Source: Alloascoidea hylecoeti (taxonomy: Eukaryota). From it: 55,764 bases of DNA. Location of the stretch: contig BCKZ01000029.1 of NCBI GenBank assembly GCA_001600815.1, positions 124,001-179,764 on the forward strand, given 5' to 3'. The position numbers were made by a program, and so were the translations under genes. Under the pieces are notes generated by a model. It did no database searches. It worked only from the letters and a program-made list of their open reading frames with translations, and was not told the origin of the DNA. How positions within the stretch are numbered: position 1 is the first letter of the stretch; every line of letters starts with the position of its first letter. Of the stretch, positions 1-9,808 are shown one piece after another.

Positions 1-779
1 TCAATAACCATATACATCCTTCCAATAACAAGGAGTCAGTTGAGAGTATCCAGGGTTTGCAACCATCTTGCAAGGTCGTTCGATTCTCAGAATTCTGCAG
101 GAATTAACTTTAGTTGAACCAACTAAACTATGTGTACGCCATCAAAATAAACTGCACTGGTCATGACGATAAAAGAAGATTAAAAAAAACTTGGATTATG
201 AACTAGGAAGAGAATATTTATATATATATATTGAATTCCTGATTTTCGCTACTTTAAGTTCGCTTCCAAAGACTGACCTTTATAGATTCTAGAATGGGGT
301 ATTAATACGAAATACTTCTAAATGATCTTGTTACTGGATGGTATCCTGGTATATGCATGCTATAGGTTATACTTATTCTAAAAATTCAACAAATGTGGGG
401 TTAAAAAAAGAGCAGATTAGAAAAAATCAATTCTAGATTAATAGAATTCGAAGCCTTCAAACACACATTTGTGTCGTACAAAAGGAAAAAAAAAAACACT
501 GACTGTGAATGACAACGTAAGCTTGAGATTAGAAGAGAAAGGAAATAGAGTTAGAACTTATTAATAACTATAGTACTAAGGCTTTTTGTGGTATATTATT
601 CTACGATGTACCGGTATGTGATAAATATTTTGAATGTTTTATTGCAAAGGTGCAGCCGTTTAGATGCTAGTTGCAACCCCCACATATCTAAGTGGAACAC
701 CTTTACTTGGACTCCTATCCAAAACAAATGGCAGTACATGTATATTATAACCAGCCACTGAATAGTATACTAGACATTA

Positions 780-2715
780 CACTGTTTTTAACATGATGCA
801 TAATGTTCCGTAGATTCTAGAGATTCCACAAATGTTCATAAAATGACATGAACATTTTTAGTATTTGCTGTTGACGCCTTTAACGGCTGCCACTCTACGA
901 TGCGGAGTCGATCGGATTATCAATATTGATATTTCAATCCTTAAGGTTCCAATAATTTGAAAGAGAACTAAGTCTGTCTCCACTTTCACATAATGTAGAA
1001 GTGCTCGCAACTCCTTCCTTATGATGATGGTGCGTTCTAGATCTTATGCGGAGATTACAAATGCGGTGTCAATCGGATTCGGGACCGGTGAATTGCCACT
1101 CCAACATCTCTATCTCATGCTCACAAAACCAATTCATTACGATTACGGCCTAATATATAGGTTTGCCATCCTTTTTGAATATTCCACCCTCATGAAAATC
1201 ACCAAGGGCTTCTTACAAAAGTTCTACGTAGGAACGTGCGATGTATCCCTTTTTTGTGCTATTACAATCCCCAACCGCTCTATACAGTTTAGTACGACCT
1301 CTTTTCCAAATTCAAGCGTGTTCAACTACAGGGAGGCACTTACAATCTTCAGAATTTGATTTACTGCCCTTTCAGAAAATTATGTATTCTTTTTTGTTGA
1401 AGGAGAAGTTATTCCAGAAGAGCTGTTGCGTATTGGTTTATAGTAAACCTCTAAGCTTATATGGTCCGGGAAAACAACTTTTAGGAAAGTCAAAAAATCA
1501 AACACCTCGCGGAAAATGTAACCACACCACCAAAATCACTTCCATTATATGTTAAATAAATATTGACAGAAGGTAGATAAATAGCACATCTAAACGATTT
1601 TGTTTCAAATTATTTATTCCTATGTCTTAATTGTGTAGACCTCCAGATTTTGCGGGCATACAAATACTTAATAGCTTAGGTTACATTTGGCGGAACTATG
1701 ATATCTTTTGGAACAATCTAATTAAGAATCGATGGGTGTATGGGTTTATTTTTATCAGATGAAGAGCCCTTGATCATATACAGTAAGCAGTAATTTTTAA
1801 AAAATATTTAAAAAATGGTGGCTAAGATATAATTTATGTCATCGAAAAGTCTTCCAGCAAAGTTACACATTTACACAATCACCTGCAAAGTAGCAATATG
1901 CACAACGTAAACCTTACTTTATCTATATGAGTGCATGCAGATGTATGCTGACATTTTTCCTCATGGCGTAGTATGTACAGTTGAATGCATATTTGTATTT
2001 AGAAGACACCTCGAGATTTGAAAAAAGCCTAAAGTTAATCTTGGGTCGGCTACCATGTATGTTATACTAGACCTAAAAAATAAGGGTATTGACAACGAAA
2101 ATCGGGTCAAAAAAGAAAAGCCAAATCGAAAAGATCAATTACAAAGTTGGTATTGATAAATAGAAATCCCCAGCCTTCGGTAACATACAGCCGATTCAAG
2201 ATTAAACCGGTATTTTTCATTTGGGTACCTAGACCCCACATCTAAGAACCCTTCTAAATATATATATAATATGTTTTGCACGTCAAATTCCTTTTATGAA
2301 GGCGAAAACTGGAGGAACATAATTATATGGTCTAAAGATAGACTGGATTTCATGACGTTTGGGATGATGTTGTAATATGTAGTTACTTACTCACATAGTA
2401 CTCAGTAACGAACGATCGGCTGTGCACTAAGGAAGTCAGTCCAGACCTTTTAACCAAAAACTATTTATAACATAAGGAAGTCTGGGTCTGTAAGTCTTAT
2501 GGTATGGAGTATATGGAGTGAAATTTGGAAAAGTGGCAGTACTGCATTGTAGAAAGTGGCTGGGTTCCTAATACTCCAATGCCTTGTAGAATGGCAGCCG
2601 TTTAATTATAACATAAGGGCGCTAATACTAAATAATAACCACAAGATGTCATTTCAAATAGACTACTAAAATATTTAGAATTTACGGAACATTATGAACT
2701 ATTTTAAGAACATCT
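780..2715 (-). mobile_element. Degenerate full-length Tc1/mariner DNA transposon (~1.9 kb) with ~40-bp TIRs and TA flanks
   Basis: 778-819 (TA CACTGTTTTTAACATGATGCATAATGTTCCGTAGATTCTA) is the reverse complement of 2676-2717 (TAGAATTTACGGAACATTATGAACTATTTTAAGAACATCT TA), ungapped, 33/42 identical. TA lies outside both ends, and a Tc1 transposase relic lies between. Confidence 0.85.
858..1400 (-). pseudogene. Tc1-family (DDE_3) transposase relic with stops and frameshifts
   Basis: Manual minus-strand translation gives KKGYIARSYVELL*EALGDFHEGGIFKKDGKPIY*AVIVMNWFCEHEIEMLEW / SPVPNPID / RRVAAVKGVNSKY*. These match the Tc1 motifs FQQDNAPxH, W..I..LEWP..SPDLNPIE and RRVAAV..KG..TKY. The 5' boundary is approximate. 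Confidence 0.85.
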
Positions 2716-3104
2716 TAAGGGTTTGTAGAGTAACTCAGTAATTGGTTATAATTTTGGGTGGTGACCCAAAAAAGTAAATCGGAAGTTTAATTTTGACCCA
2801 GATTTATTATCATAAAGTTAGTTGTTAATTTCGGCAACTATGATCAAGATATTTCGAAACAATAGAGGAACCTATTATCAGTAATAATTGACAACATGAT
2901 CTGTAGAATTTCATTACTATAAAGAATAATAGCCTAGGTGAAAGTGAAATCACTCTTCAAATCAACATGTATGAACTTGATAATGGTAAAAAATTCATTA
3001 AAAGTTTAATAAAGTTATATAAAGTTCTTACTACTACAAAAAAACAAAAAACAAACAAAAAAATGCTACATATAGTATTATCTATTATATTTTTAAAAAA
3101 TTTA

Positions 3105-5054
3105 TTACTTTTTATTATTATCCACTTTTTCATCTCCTTCATTCCAATATAGTTCATCATCTACATCATCCAATGTTAAACCAGCAAGATCTGACATAAA
3201 ACCTAAGAAATCATAACCTTCACCAGTTTCATGAACAGGCATTGATTCTTCTAATTTTTGAATTGTTTGTGGAGATATTAAAGAATTTTGAAGATCTAAT
3301 TCAGTAACATATGGTTTACCATTTGCAATTTCAATAAAAGATTGTAAAACTTGTTGAGAAGATTGTTGATCTTCAGTAACATCAACCATAAAATTAATAA
3401 ATTGTTCAAAATTAATTGTTGGATTACCATTACTTGCAATTGAAAATAATTCATCCATTTCATCTTCTGAATAAACTATACCAAGTGATGCTAATGCACC
3501 ACTAAATTCAGTTGGATGTAAACAATTTTGTTGACTTTTATCAAAATATCTAAAAATTGATTCAAATTCTTCTAGTTGAATTGGTGATAAATTATTCATA
3601 CTTCTTGCAACAATTTGATTTTCAATAAAACTTAATTTTTTAACAACAGAATTTTTAACTAAACCCATTTCATATTCTAATTCTTCATAAGAAAATACAG
3701 TATGATCATTTTCTTCAATATTTGCTTCAATTTCTCGATCTTTTAATTCTTTTAATTGTTGTAATTCTTTATCCAAAGGTTTTAATTGTTCATTTAATTG
3801 AGTTATTCCTAATAATTGAGTTTCTAATTCACCATCTAATTGAGAAATTTTCATTGATAATTCATTTACTTCAGATGCTAAATAATTTGCCTTTTCAGCA
3901 AATTTTTCTTTTAATTCTTCTTTAATTAAAGTTATTTTTTCATTAATTGAATGAGATCTTAAACCTTCTTGTTGTAATAAAATTCTCCACTGATTATCTA
4001 AATTTTCTAAACTTAATTCAGGAGGAGGAGTATATTCTTTTAAACCATAAGTTGCTAATTTTGTTCTAATATTACCTAATAAAAAATTTAATTCAGATTT
4101 TTCAGTAATCCATTCTCTTTTTGTTGAAGTTTTATAAGTTTGAAAAGAAATATATTGAAATCTTGCATCTTTATAATCACCTGAAAATATTGAAGAATTC
4201 CATGATTCAATTTTATTTGAAATTGATTCTAATAATAATTTCATTCTTTTTTCAAAACCTGATTGCATTGATAAAGCAGAACTTGCAGTTTCACAAAAAC
4301 GTTCTAATCTTCTACCAGCAGTTTCAATTTTATCTAAAGCAGAAAAAGCATGAAACCAATAAGCAACATAAGTCATTATTGAACGTTCATCAGGTTTTTT
4401 AACATCACAAATATCTTCAACATCAATAATTTGAGGAATACCGATTTCTTCAGAAGCAATCTTAAAAGCTAATTTCATATTAGTTTTATGATCATTTAAA
4501 TCTAATTGATTATAATCAATTAAATCAGGACGATGTTTATCTAATAAAGCACAAAAGGCTAAACCATCAGTCCAACTAGTTGTAAAATTCTGAACTTTAA
4601 CTCTTGGATACCCAGCAGTTTTACGTTGACACCATAATAAAAGACCTTCTTTTGCACTTAAACCCTCAGCACTAATTTCAGCGATAGTAAATCTTAAAAT
4701 TAACATCCATATTAATCCCAAAATTAATTTTAAATTTCCATCGATAACATCTTCAGCACCGATGTTATATAATTGTATACCACGATGTTTTATAAAATCC
4801 AAAGCAATATTTAAATTTTCAGCTTTTTGAACACGGAGCCTTGGATTTGGAGCATACCTTCCTAAAGTCTCACCACCGATGATTTCCAAGAGCTGTATTA
4901 ATCTTACACCATTTGAGATATCAGTTCTTAGATTTTGTATAGGGGATAATTGCTGAGGTTCCAAATAAGTGTTGATCCAACGGACAAAAGCCTTATGCTG
5001 TGTGGCGACCCAGGCTTCCCGTTCATCACCACTATTTGAAGGTAAGATGACCAT
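3105..5054 (-). CDS. ain1: Alpha-actinin (2 calponin-homology domains, short spectrin rod, EF hands), 649 aa
   Basis: CH motifs QHKAFVRWIN, IGAEDVIDGNLKLILGLIWMLIL, AKEGLLLWCQRKT, NFTTSWTDGLAFCAL and KPDERSIMTYVA; EF hand FRYFDKS. First ATG is at 5054. Confidence 0.95.
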   Translation of the reverse strand: MVILPSNSGDEREAWVATQHKAFVRWINTYLEPQQLSPIQNLRTDISNGVRLIQLLEIIGGETLGRYAPNPRLRVQKAENLNIALDFIKHRGIQLYNIGAEDVIDGNLKLILGLIWMLILRFTIAEISAEGLSAKEGLLLWCQRKTAGYPRVKVQNFTTSWTDGLAFCALLDKHRPDLIDYNQLDLNDHKTNMKLAFKIASEEIGIPQIIDVEDICDVKKPDERSIMTYVAYWFHAFSALDKIETAGRRLERFCETASSALSMQSGFEKRMKLLLESISNKIESWNSSIFSGDYKDARFQYISFQTYKTSTKREWITEKSELNFLLGNIRTKLATYGLKEYTPPPELSLENLDNQWRILLQQEGLRSHSINEKITLIKEELKEKFAEKANYLASEVNELSMKISQLDGELETQLLGITQLNEQLKPLDKELQQLKELKDREIEANIEENDHTVFSYEELEYEMGLVKNSVVKKLSFIENQIVARSMNNLSPIQLEEFESIFRYFDKSQQNCLHPTEFSGALASLGIVYSEDEMDELFSIASNGNPTINFEQFINFMVDVTEDQQSSQQVLQSFIEIANGKPYVTELDLQNSLISPQTIQKLEESMPVHETGEGYDFLGFMSDLAGLTLDDVDDELYWNEGDEKVDNNKK

Positions 5055-5406
5055 GTGAAGAGACAAACGGATATAATGTTTCGGGTGGGTTGATTTCAGT
5101 CCTGAAAGATGAAAATCCAATCAAATCAAAGAATCAGGTTTAAAGGTTGTGTGTTTGTATTTCAGCTCCAGCCGGTTGTGAAGGGATGTTTATAGGAATG
5201 CCAAAAATGTTTGCTCGCGGAGTTTATTTATTATTATTTACTTATGTCGATATCGTGTATTTTCCAGCCGATGAGTATTTATATTTCTCTGCACTTATTT
5301 ATATTTTATATCTCTAGAGATCTATACGACAAACACTGTCATGCACTAAGAGAATGTGTTCATTCCAATAAGCAAAACTTTCGTTGTGGGGGTCTCTTCG
5401 GCCTGG

Positions 5407-5414
5407 TTACCCGG
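5407..5414 (+). promoter_or_regulatory. Reb1-type site TTACCCGG in the divergent alpha-actinin/AIM29 promoter, just upstream of TATAA
   Basis: Exact consensus match; the same motif recurs at 15312 (TTACCCG, reverse), 33837 and 48707, each just upstream of a start codon. Confidence 0.6.
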
Positions 5415-5469
5415 CCCCGCCTATAAGTAGCCCACCCACGGCCTCACCAGGCAAACAGAAGAGAGCAGA

Positions 5470-5895
5470 ATGATCCCAGACATCCAGAACGAGGTCTATG
5501 GCGACGGGTCCCACCTCCACGACGCCACTCTGGCCCTCCGCATCGTCAAGTCCTTCCCGTACCGTGCCATCCGGACGGTCGTGCTCCACAGAATCGACCT
5601 GGCCGCTGAGACTCCCGCGACTCTGCTCGAGAAGGCAAAAACCCAGATATTGACGTCTCCCCACCTGAAGCCTTTCCGTTCGGTCGTCGACAAGCTGGAC
5701 ACCATCAAAATCTATGCGCTGGCCCAGCAGACAAAGCCTGGGAACCTAATCATAAACGTGGAAAATGATGAGTTGCTGATCTTGCCTCCAAATAACACCC
5801 TCAAAGAGGAAGGAGTCGGTCACGAGACTGAACTTTCTGTTTTCAACTTCGAAGACTATTTGGATTTTAAACAAAACCCAACTTCTGTGTATTAA
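5470..5895 (+). CDS. AIM29: DUF2340/UPF0538 (C2orf76-like) ubiquitin-like protein, 141 aa
   Basis: ATLALRIVKSFPYR, DTIKIY, KPGNLIINVEND, G..HETELSVFN.EDY..FK.NP are typical of the family. Confidence 0.85.
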   Translation: MIPDIQNEVYGDGSHLHDATLALRIVKSFPYRAIRTVVLHRIDLAAETPATLLEKAKTQILTSPHLKPFRSVVDKLDTIKIYALAQQTKPGNLIINVENDELLILPPNNTLKEEGVGHETELSVFNFEDYLDFKQNPTSVY

Positions 5896-5908
5896 ATAGT
5901 TAGGGAAT

Positions 5909-6380
5909 ATGAGCACTCGATCGGAAAGAGCTTGCATGCTGTGTGGAGTCGTGCAAACCTTTCGTGTAAGAATATAATATTATCAATGAACTCGAACGTG
6001 AATGTGTGTTAACAGACCCAACGTACAGCAATTTGTGAACAACGGATGTCCAAACTGTGATGAAGTTTTAGGTCTTGCTGGTGATGAAGCTGCCGTTCAA
6101 GAATGCACAAGTCCAGGTACGTTTTTCTATTTTTCTATTTCCTGTTTCACAAACTGATTGCTTGTCGTCTAACTTTGATATTTGATGAATAGCTTTTGAA
6201 GGTTTGGTGGCATTGGGTGAACCACATGAATCGTGGGTTGCGAAATGGTTACGCATTTCTGAATTTGGTCCTGGTTTGTATGCTGTGAAAGTTAATGGAA
6301 AATTACCAAGAGATGTTATTGCCGATTTGGAGGCAAAAGGAGTTCCGTATCGACCAAGAGATGGAAGTGCTACTGATTAA
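5909..6380 (+). CDS. SPT4: Transcription elongation factor Spt4; exons 5909-5965, 6029-6116, 6193-6380
   Basis: Spliced translation [33 protein letters not shown]...ECTSPAFEGLVA...[24 protein letters not shown]...[10 protein letters not shown]. Introns GTAAGA..CAG and GTACGT..CTAAC..TAG preserve the frame. Absent from the ORF track. Confidence 0.95.
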
Positions 6381-6632
6381 TCGAAAATTTATCTTTTTTT
6401 ATATAATGTAACAATATCTTTTTATTTTCAATACTATAAATGTAGTTTCTACACTCCTCTCAAGTATCAATTACTTTTATATTTCCGTACTCTCAGGTTA
6501 TCAATAAATATATATGCGAGTGATTGTCAAAGTGATTGTCAAGTAGTTGTATATATTTCATATTGTATTTTGGAGGTTGAATTTTCACAACATCTCATCA
6601 ACATCATCAAAGCAGAATCACTGTTACCATCA

Positions 6633-7655
6633 ATGCTTAAAAGATCCTTCGCAACCTCCACAAAACTAGCAATAAAATCAAATGTACGATCTTTCCACTC
6701 CACCAGACAATCTCAAATTGACTTACAAACATTGGTAGTTTCCGTTATTCAACCATGTTGTGATTCATTACAATATATCCATAATTCAACAGGTTTACCA
6801 TGGTATGCCGTTATACCAATCGTTACAATTGGCTTTAGAACGACTGTCACTTTACCATTAGCTATATGGAATAGATTAAGAGTTAGGAAACAAACAAGTT
6901 TAGCACCACTAGTTTCTGCTTCTTTCCCAATTTATAGAGCAAATTTAACTGCAAGACCAATATCTGATACAAGGAAAAAAAATTTAACATACGAACAAAT
7001 TACACATTTATCAAAAAAACAAACAAATTTATTTCAAAAAAAATTATTTAAATTAAATAATTGTCAAAGATATAAAAGTTTATTATTACCATTAATTCAA
7101 TTCCCATTATGGATAACATTATCAATTTCAATAAGAAGTATATGTGGTTCATCAAATTTTAAAATGGATGGTTTAATAATTGATCATAATGATATGAAAC
7201 AACTTTCAAATGAAGGATGTTTATGGTTTCCAGATTTATTAATTTCTGATCAATATGGTATATTACCAATTATTTATGGTACTTTTATGATGTTTAATTT
7301 AGAATGGAATAGAAGAATTTTATTAGGTTCTGCATCAGTTTCAAAAAATCGAGCATTAACAAATTATGAATATACGCCATCAAGAATTCCATTGATGTTA
7401 TTAACTAATTTAATGAGATTAGGTGTTGCAAGTTTTATGACAATTGGTACTCAAGTTCCAACTGCTTTAAGTCTATATTGGGTTTGTTCAAATTTATTTT
7501 CAATGTTACAAAATATTTTTTTAGATGGTTTTTTACCAATTAATAATGGGAAAAAATTAATTGAAAATGAATTAAAAAGAAATGAATTGAAAAATGATGA
7601 ATTGAAATTATTAATGGATAAGAAAAGTTTAGAATTAAAGAATCAAATTAATTAA
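6633..7655 (+). CDS. COX18: Oxa1/YidC-family mitochondrial insertase Cox18
   Basis: Basic presequence, HNSTGLPWYAVIP..T...R...TLP, LLLPLIQFPLW, EGCLWFPDL..SD, PTALSLYWVCSNLFS. First ATG is at 6633. Confidence 0.85.
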   Translation: MLKRSFATSTKLAIKSNVRSFHSTRQSQIDLQTLVVSVIQPCCDSLQYIHNSTGLPWYAVIPIVTIGFRTTVTLPLAIWNRLRVRKQTSLAPLVSASFPIYRANLTARPISDTRKKNLTYEQITHLSKKQTNLFQKKLFKLNNCQRYKSLLLPLIQFPLWITLSISIRSICGSSNFKMDGLIIDHNDMKQLSNEGCLWFPDLLISDQYGILPIIYGTFMMFNLEWNRRILLGSASVSKNRALTNYEYTPSRIPLMLLTNLMRLGVASFMTIGTQVPTALSLYWVCSNLFSMLQNIFLDGFLPINNGKKLIENELKRNELKNDELKLLMDKKSLELKNQIN

Positions 7656-7788
7656 TTCATAATATTTTTATATTTTGATATATTTAATGTTTATGTTATA
7701 TTTTGTATATATTTTATAATTAATAATAATTCATATCTCAATAAATGATAAACTTGAGAAGAATCTATTTTGATATTTAAATTATAAG

Positions 7789-8028
7789 TTGTGGCGGATC
7801 GTGGCGTGTGTGGAACTGTGTGTAACTGTCTCTTATTCTTCTTACACCATCAAACGTGATTTAGGCATCACACACTATCTTGATATGAGATGAACAATTG
7901 CATTAATGGGAAAAAAATCTCCTTATCATTTGATAATCAATTGTGGGTTTGTGGCGGATCATCGTGTCTGATAATATTACTAGTGTCTCTTATTGTTCTT
8001 ACACCATTAAACGTGATTTAAACATCAC
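7789..8028. repeat. Imperfect direct repeat, two ~80-bp copies (7789-7871 and 7949-8028)
   Basis: Both copies start TTGTGGCGGATC and share a 45-nt core (7827-7871 vs 7984-8028, 41/45 identical) ending in a GTGAT-N6-ATCAC hairpin. Confidence 0.85.
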
Positions 8029-8123
8029 CATATGATGATAAACCATCAGGTTAAAATTTAATATTGATTGCAATTACAAATTCTCAATTATATTCATTAT
8101 GAACCATTATATAATATCATAGT

Positions 8124-9686
8124 TTATGGAGATTCATTAACTCTTAACCTTTCTAATCTTAAATCTAAAGCTCTTGGAATAGAATCTTTTGATTCTAATA
8201 AATCTTCATGTATTGCTTTTAATGCTTTTAAAGCATCACCTTCTTTAATAACACAACTAATATTAATTTCATTTGCACCTTGACTAATCATTTCAATATT
8301 AATTTGATTTTTAGCCAATGTTGAAAACATTTGTCCTGCAATACCAATTAATGATCTCATTTGTTTCCCAACAAGTGATACAATTGCACAATTTTTTGTA
8401 ACATCAATTGTACCACATTGTTTTTTAAGATTATCTATTGCTTCTTTTAAATTATTTTTATATTCAATATCATTTGATTGATGTAAAGCCATTGAAACAT
8501 GAACTTCTGATGTTGAAATTAAATCAACAACAAGTTTCCATTTATCTAATATACTAAATACATTTGCTAAAAAATTATGTGATAAATATTTTTTATTTGA
8601 ATGAATGTTTAATACAACAATATCATGTTTTATTGTAACTGCTGTTGGTGTTTTTTTCATTTCTTGAGATCTTATAAAATTATCTGAAAGTGTATGAAGT
8701 GATGATGGTGGATGAGGTGGAGTTGCTTCACCTTTTTTACCTAAATTATCTGGATAAATTACTGTTCCATCACCTTTTGGATTCATAACATTTTTAATTC
8801 TAATTGGTATACGTGCATTAATGACTTGTTCCATTGTAAAAGGATGAATTACTTCTGATCCATAATATGTTAATTCTGCTGCTTCATCAGGTGTAACAGT
8901 TGGTAATAATCTTGCTCTAGGTACTTTTCGAGGATCTGCTGTAAAAATCCCATCAACTTCTTTCCATATTTGAAGTTCTTCTGCTTCTAATGCAACTGCA
9001 ATTAAAGCAGCTGATAAATCAGTATAACCCCTACCAACTCCATTTAATAATCCACCGGGAACTAAACCAAAATATCCAGTAATTACTGGTATTTCATCAC
9101 CTTTTAAATTTTTTTTTAAAAATTCAATTAATTTTAGAGTTAAATATTCATAAAATTCAGAATCAATTGATCCTGATTTTGTTTCATAACCAATTGGTAT
9201 TAAATTTGATAAATCTAAATATTTTGAATTTAATCCATTATCTTTCATTATTGCTGACATATATAAACAACTTAATTTCTCACCAGCACTCATAACAAGA
9301 TCTAAAGATCTTGAACTAACTTCTTCAATAATTTGTGTTGCAGTTAAAATTTTTAAAACTTGATTATACTCTTTTAAAATTTTTTCATTTAAATCATTTT
9401 GAATTTTTAAATTTTTAATATTTTCAAATGATGCTTTTAAATGACCATTTAAAATTAATTTTAAAATTGATTTAAAATCTTTGTTTTGAATAGCTAAATC
9501 TGCTGCTAATAATAATCTTGATGTTGTACCTTCTGTTTTTAAATATGTTGATCTTGCTGAACATACAACTGCTATATGATTTTGTTTACTATAAACTTTA
9601 ACTATATCATTTGTAATGTTTAAAGGAAATTTACCAACACTTGTACCTCCAAATTTTTGAACTATCCAATTTTTTTCATTTGTCAT
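8124..9686 (-). CDS. HOM3: Aspartate kinase
   Basis: WIVQKFGGTSVGKFP, GRGYTDLSAAL, WKEVDGIFTADPRKVP, EAAELTYYGSEVIHP, C-terminal ACT domains. ATG at 9686. Confidence 0.97.
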   Translation of the reverse strand: MTNEKNWIVQKFGGTSVGKFPLNITNDIVKVYSKQNHIAVVCSARSTYLKTEGTTSRLLLAADLAIQNKDFKSILKLILNGHLKASFENIKNLKIQNDLNEKILKEYNQVLKILTATQIIEEVSSRSLDLVMSAGEKLSCLYMSAIMKDNGLNSKYLDLSNLIPIGYETKSGSIDSEFYEYLTLKLIEFLKKNLKGDEIPVITGYFGLVPGGLLNGVGRGYTDLSAALIAVALEAEELQIWKEVDGIFTADPRKVPRARLLPTVTPDEAAELTYYGSEVIHPFTMEQVINARIPIRIKNVMNPKGDGTVIYPDNLGKKGEATPPHPPSSLHTLSDNFIRSQEMKKTPTAVTIKHDIVVLNIHSNKKYLSHNFLANVFSILDKWKLVVDLISTSEVHVSMALHQSNDIEYKNNLKEAIDNLKKQCGTIDVTKNCAIVSLVGKQMRSLIGIAGQMFSTLAKNQINIEMISQGANEINISCVIKEGDALKALKAIHEDLLESKDSIPRALDLRLERLRVNESP

Positions 9687-9799
9687 CGCTGTTGTTTTTC
9701 GTGTTTTTTTGTATTTATTTTGTATTGTTTTGTTTTGCTTTGTTGGTAAAGAAAGGAAAAACGATTTCAATCGTGGTATTTATATTAATTAAATAAGCG

Positions 9800-9808
9800 A
9801 TGACTCAT
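9800..9808. promoter_or_regulatory. Gcn4/AP-1 site ATGACTCAT upstream of HOM3
   Basis: Perfect optimal Gcn4 site about 115 bp upstream of an amino-acid biosynthetic gene. Confidence 0.8.

Noticed and set aside
1021..1555. Plus-strand ORFs of 112 and 104 aa
   Set aside because: Antisense shadows of the Tc1 transposase relic; no recognisable protein features.
5055..5120. 22-aa N-terminal extension of alpha-actinin (likewise COX18 6570, HOM3 9770, MTC5 48795, orphan 36269)
   Set aside because: These track starts are TTG/GTG codons; the first ATG was used for a eukaryote.
5407..5708. Minus-strand ORFs overlapping AIM29
   Set aside because: Expected antisense frames in a GC-rich CDS.
6068..6256. 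Minus-strand 62-aa ORF
   Set aside because: Antisense to spliced SPT4.
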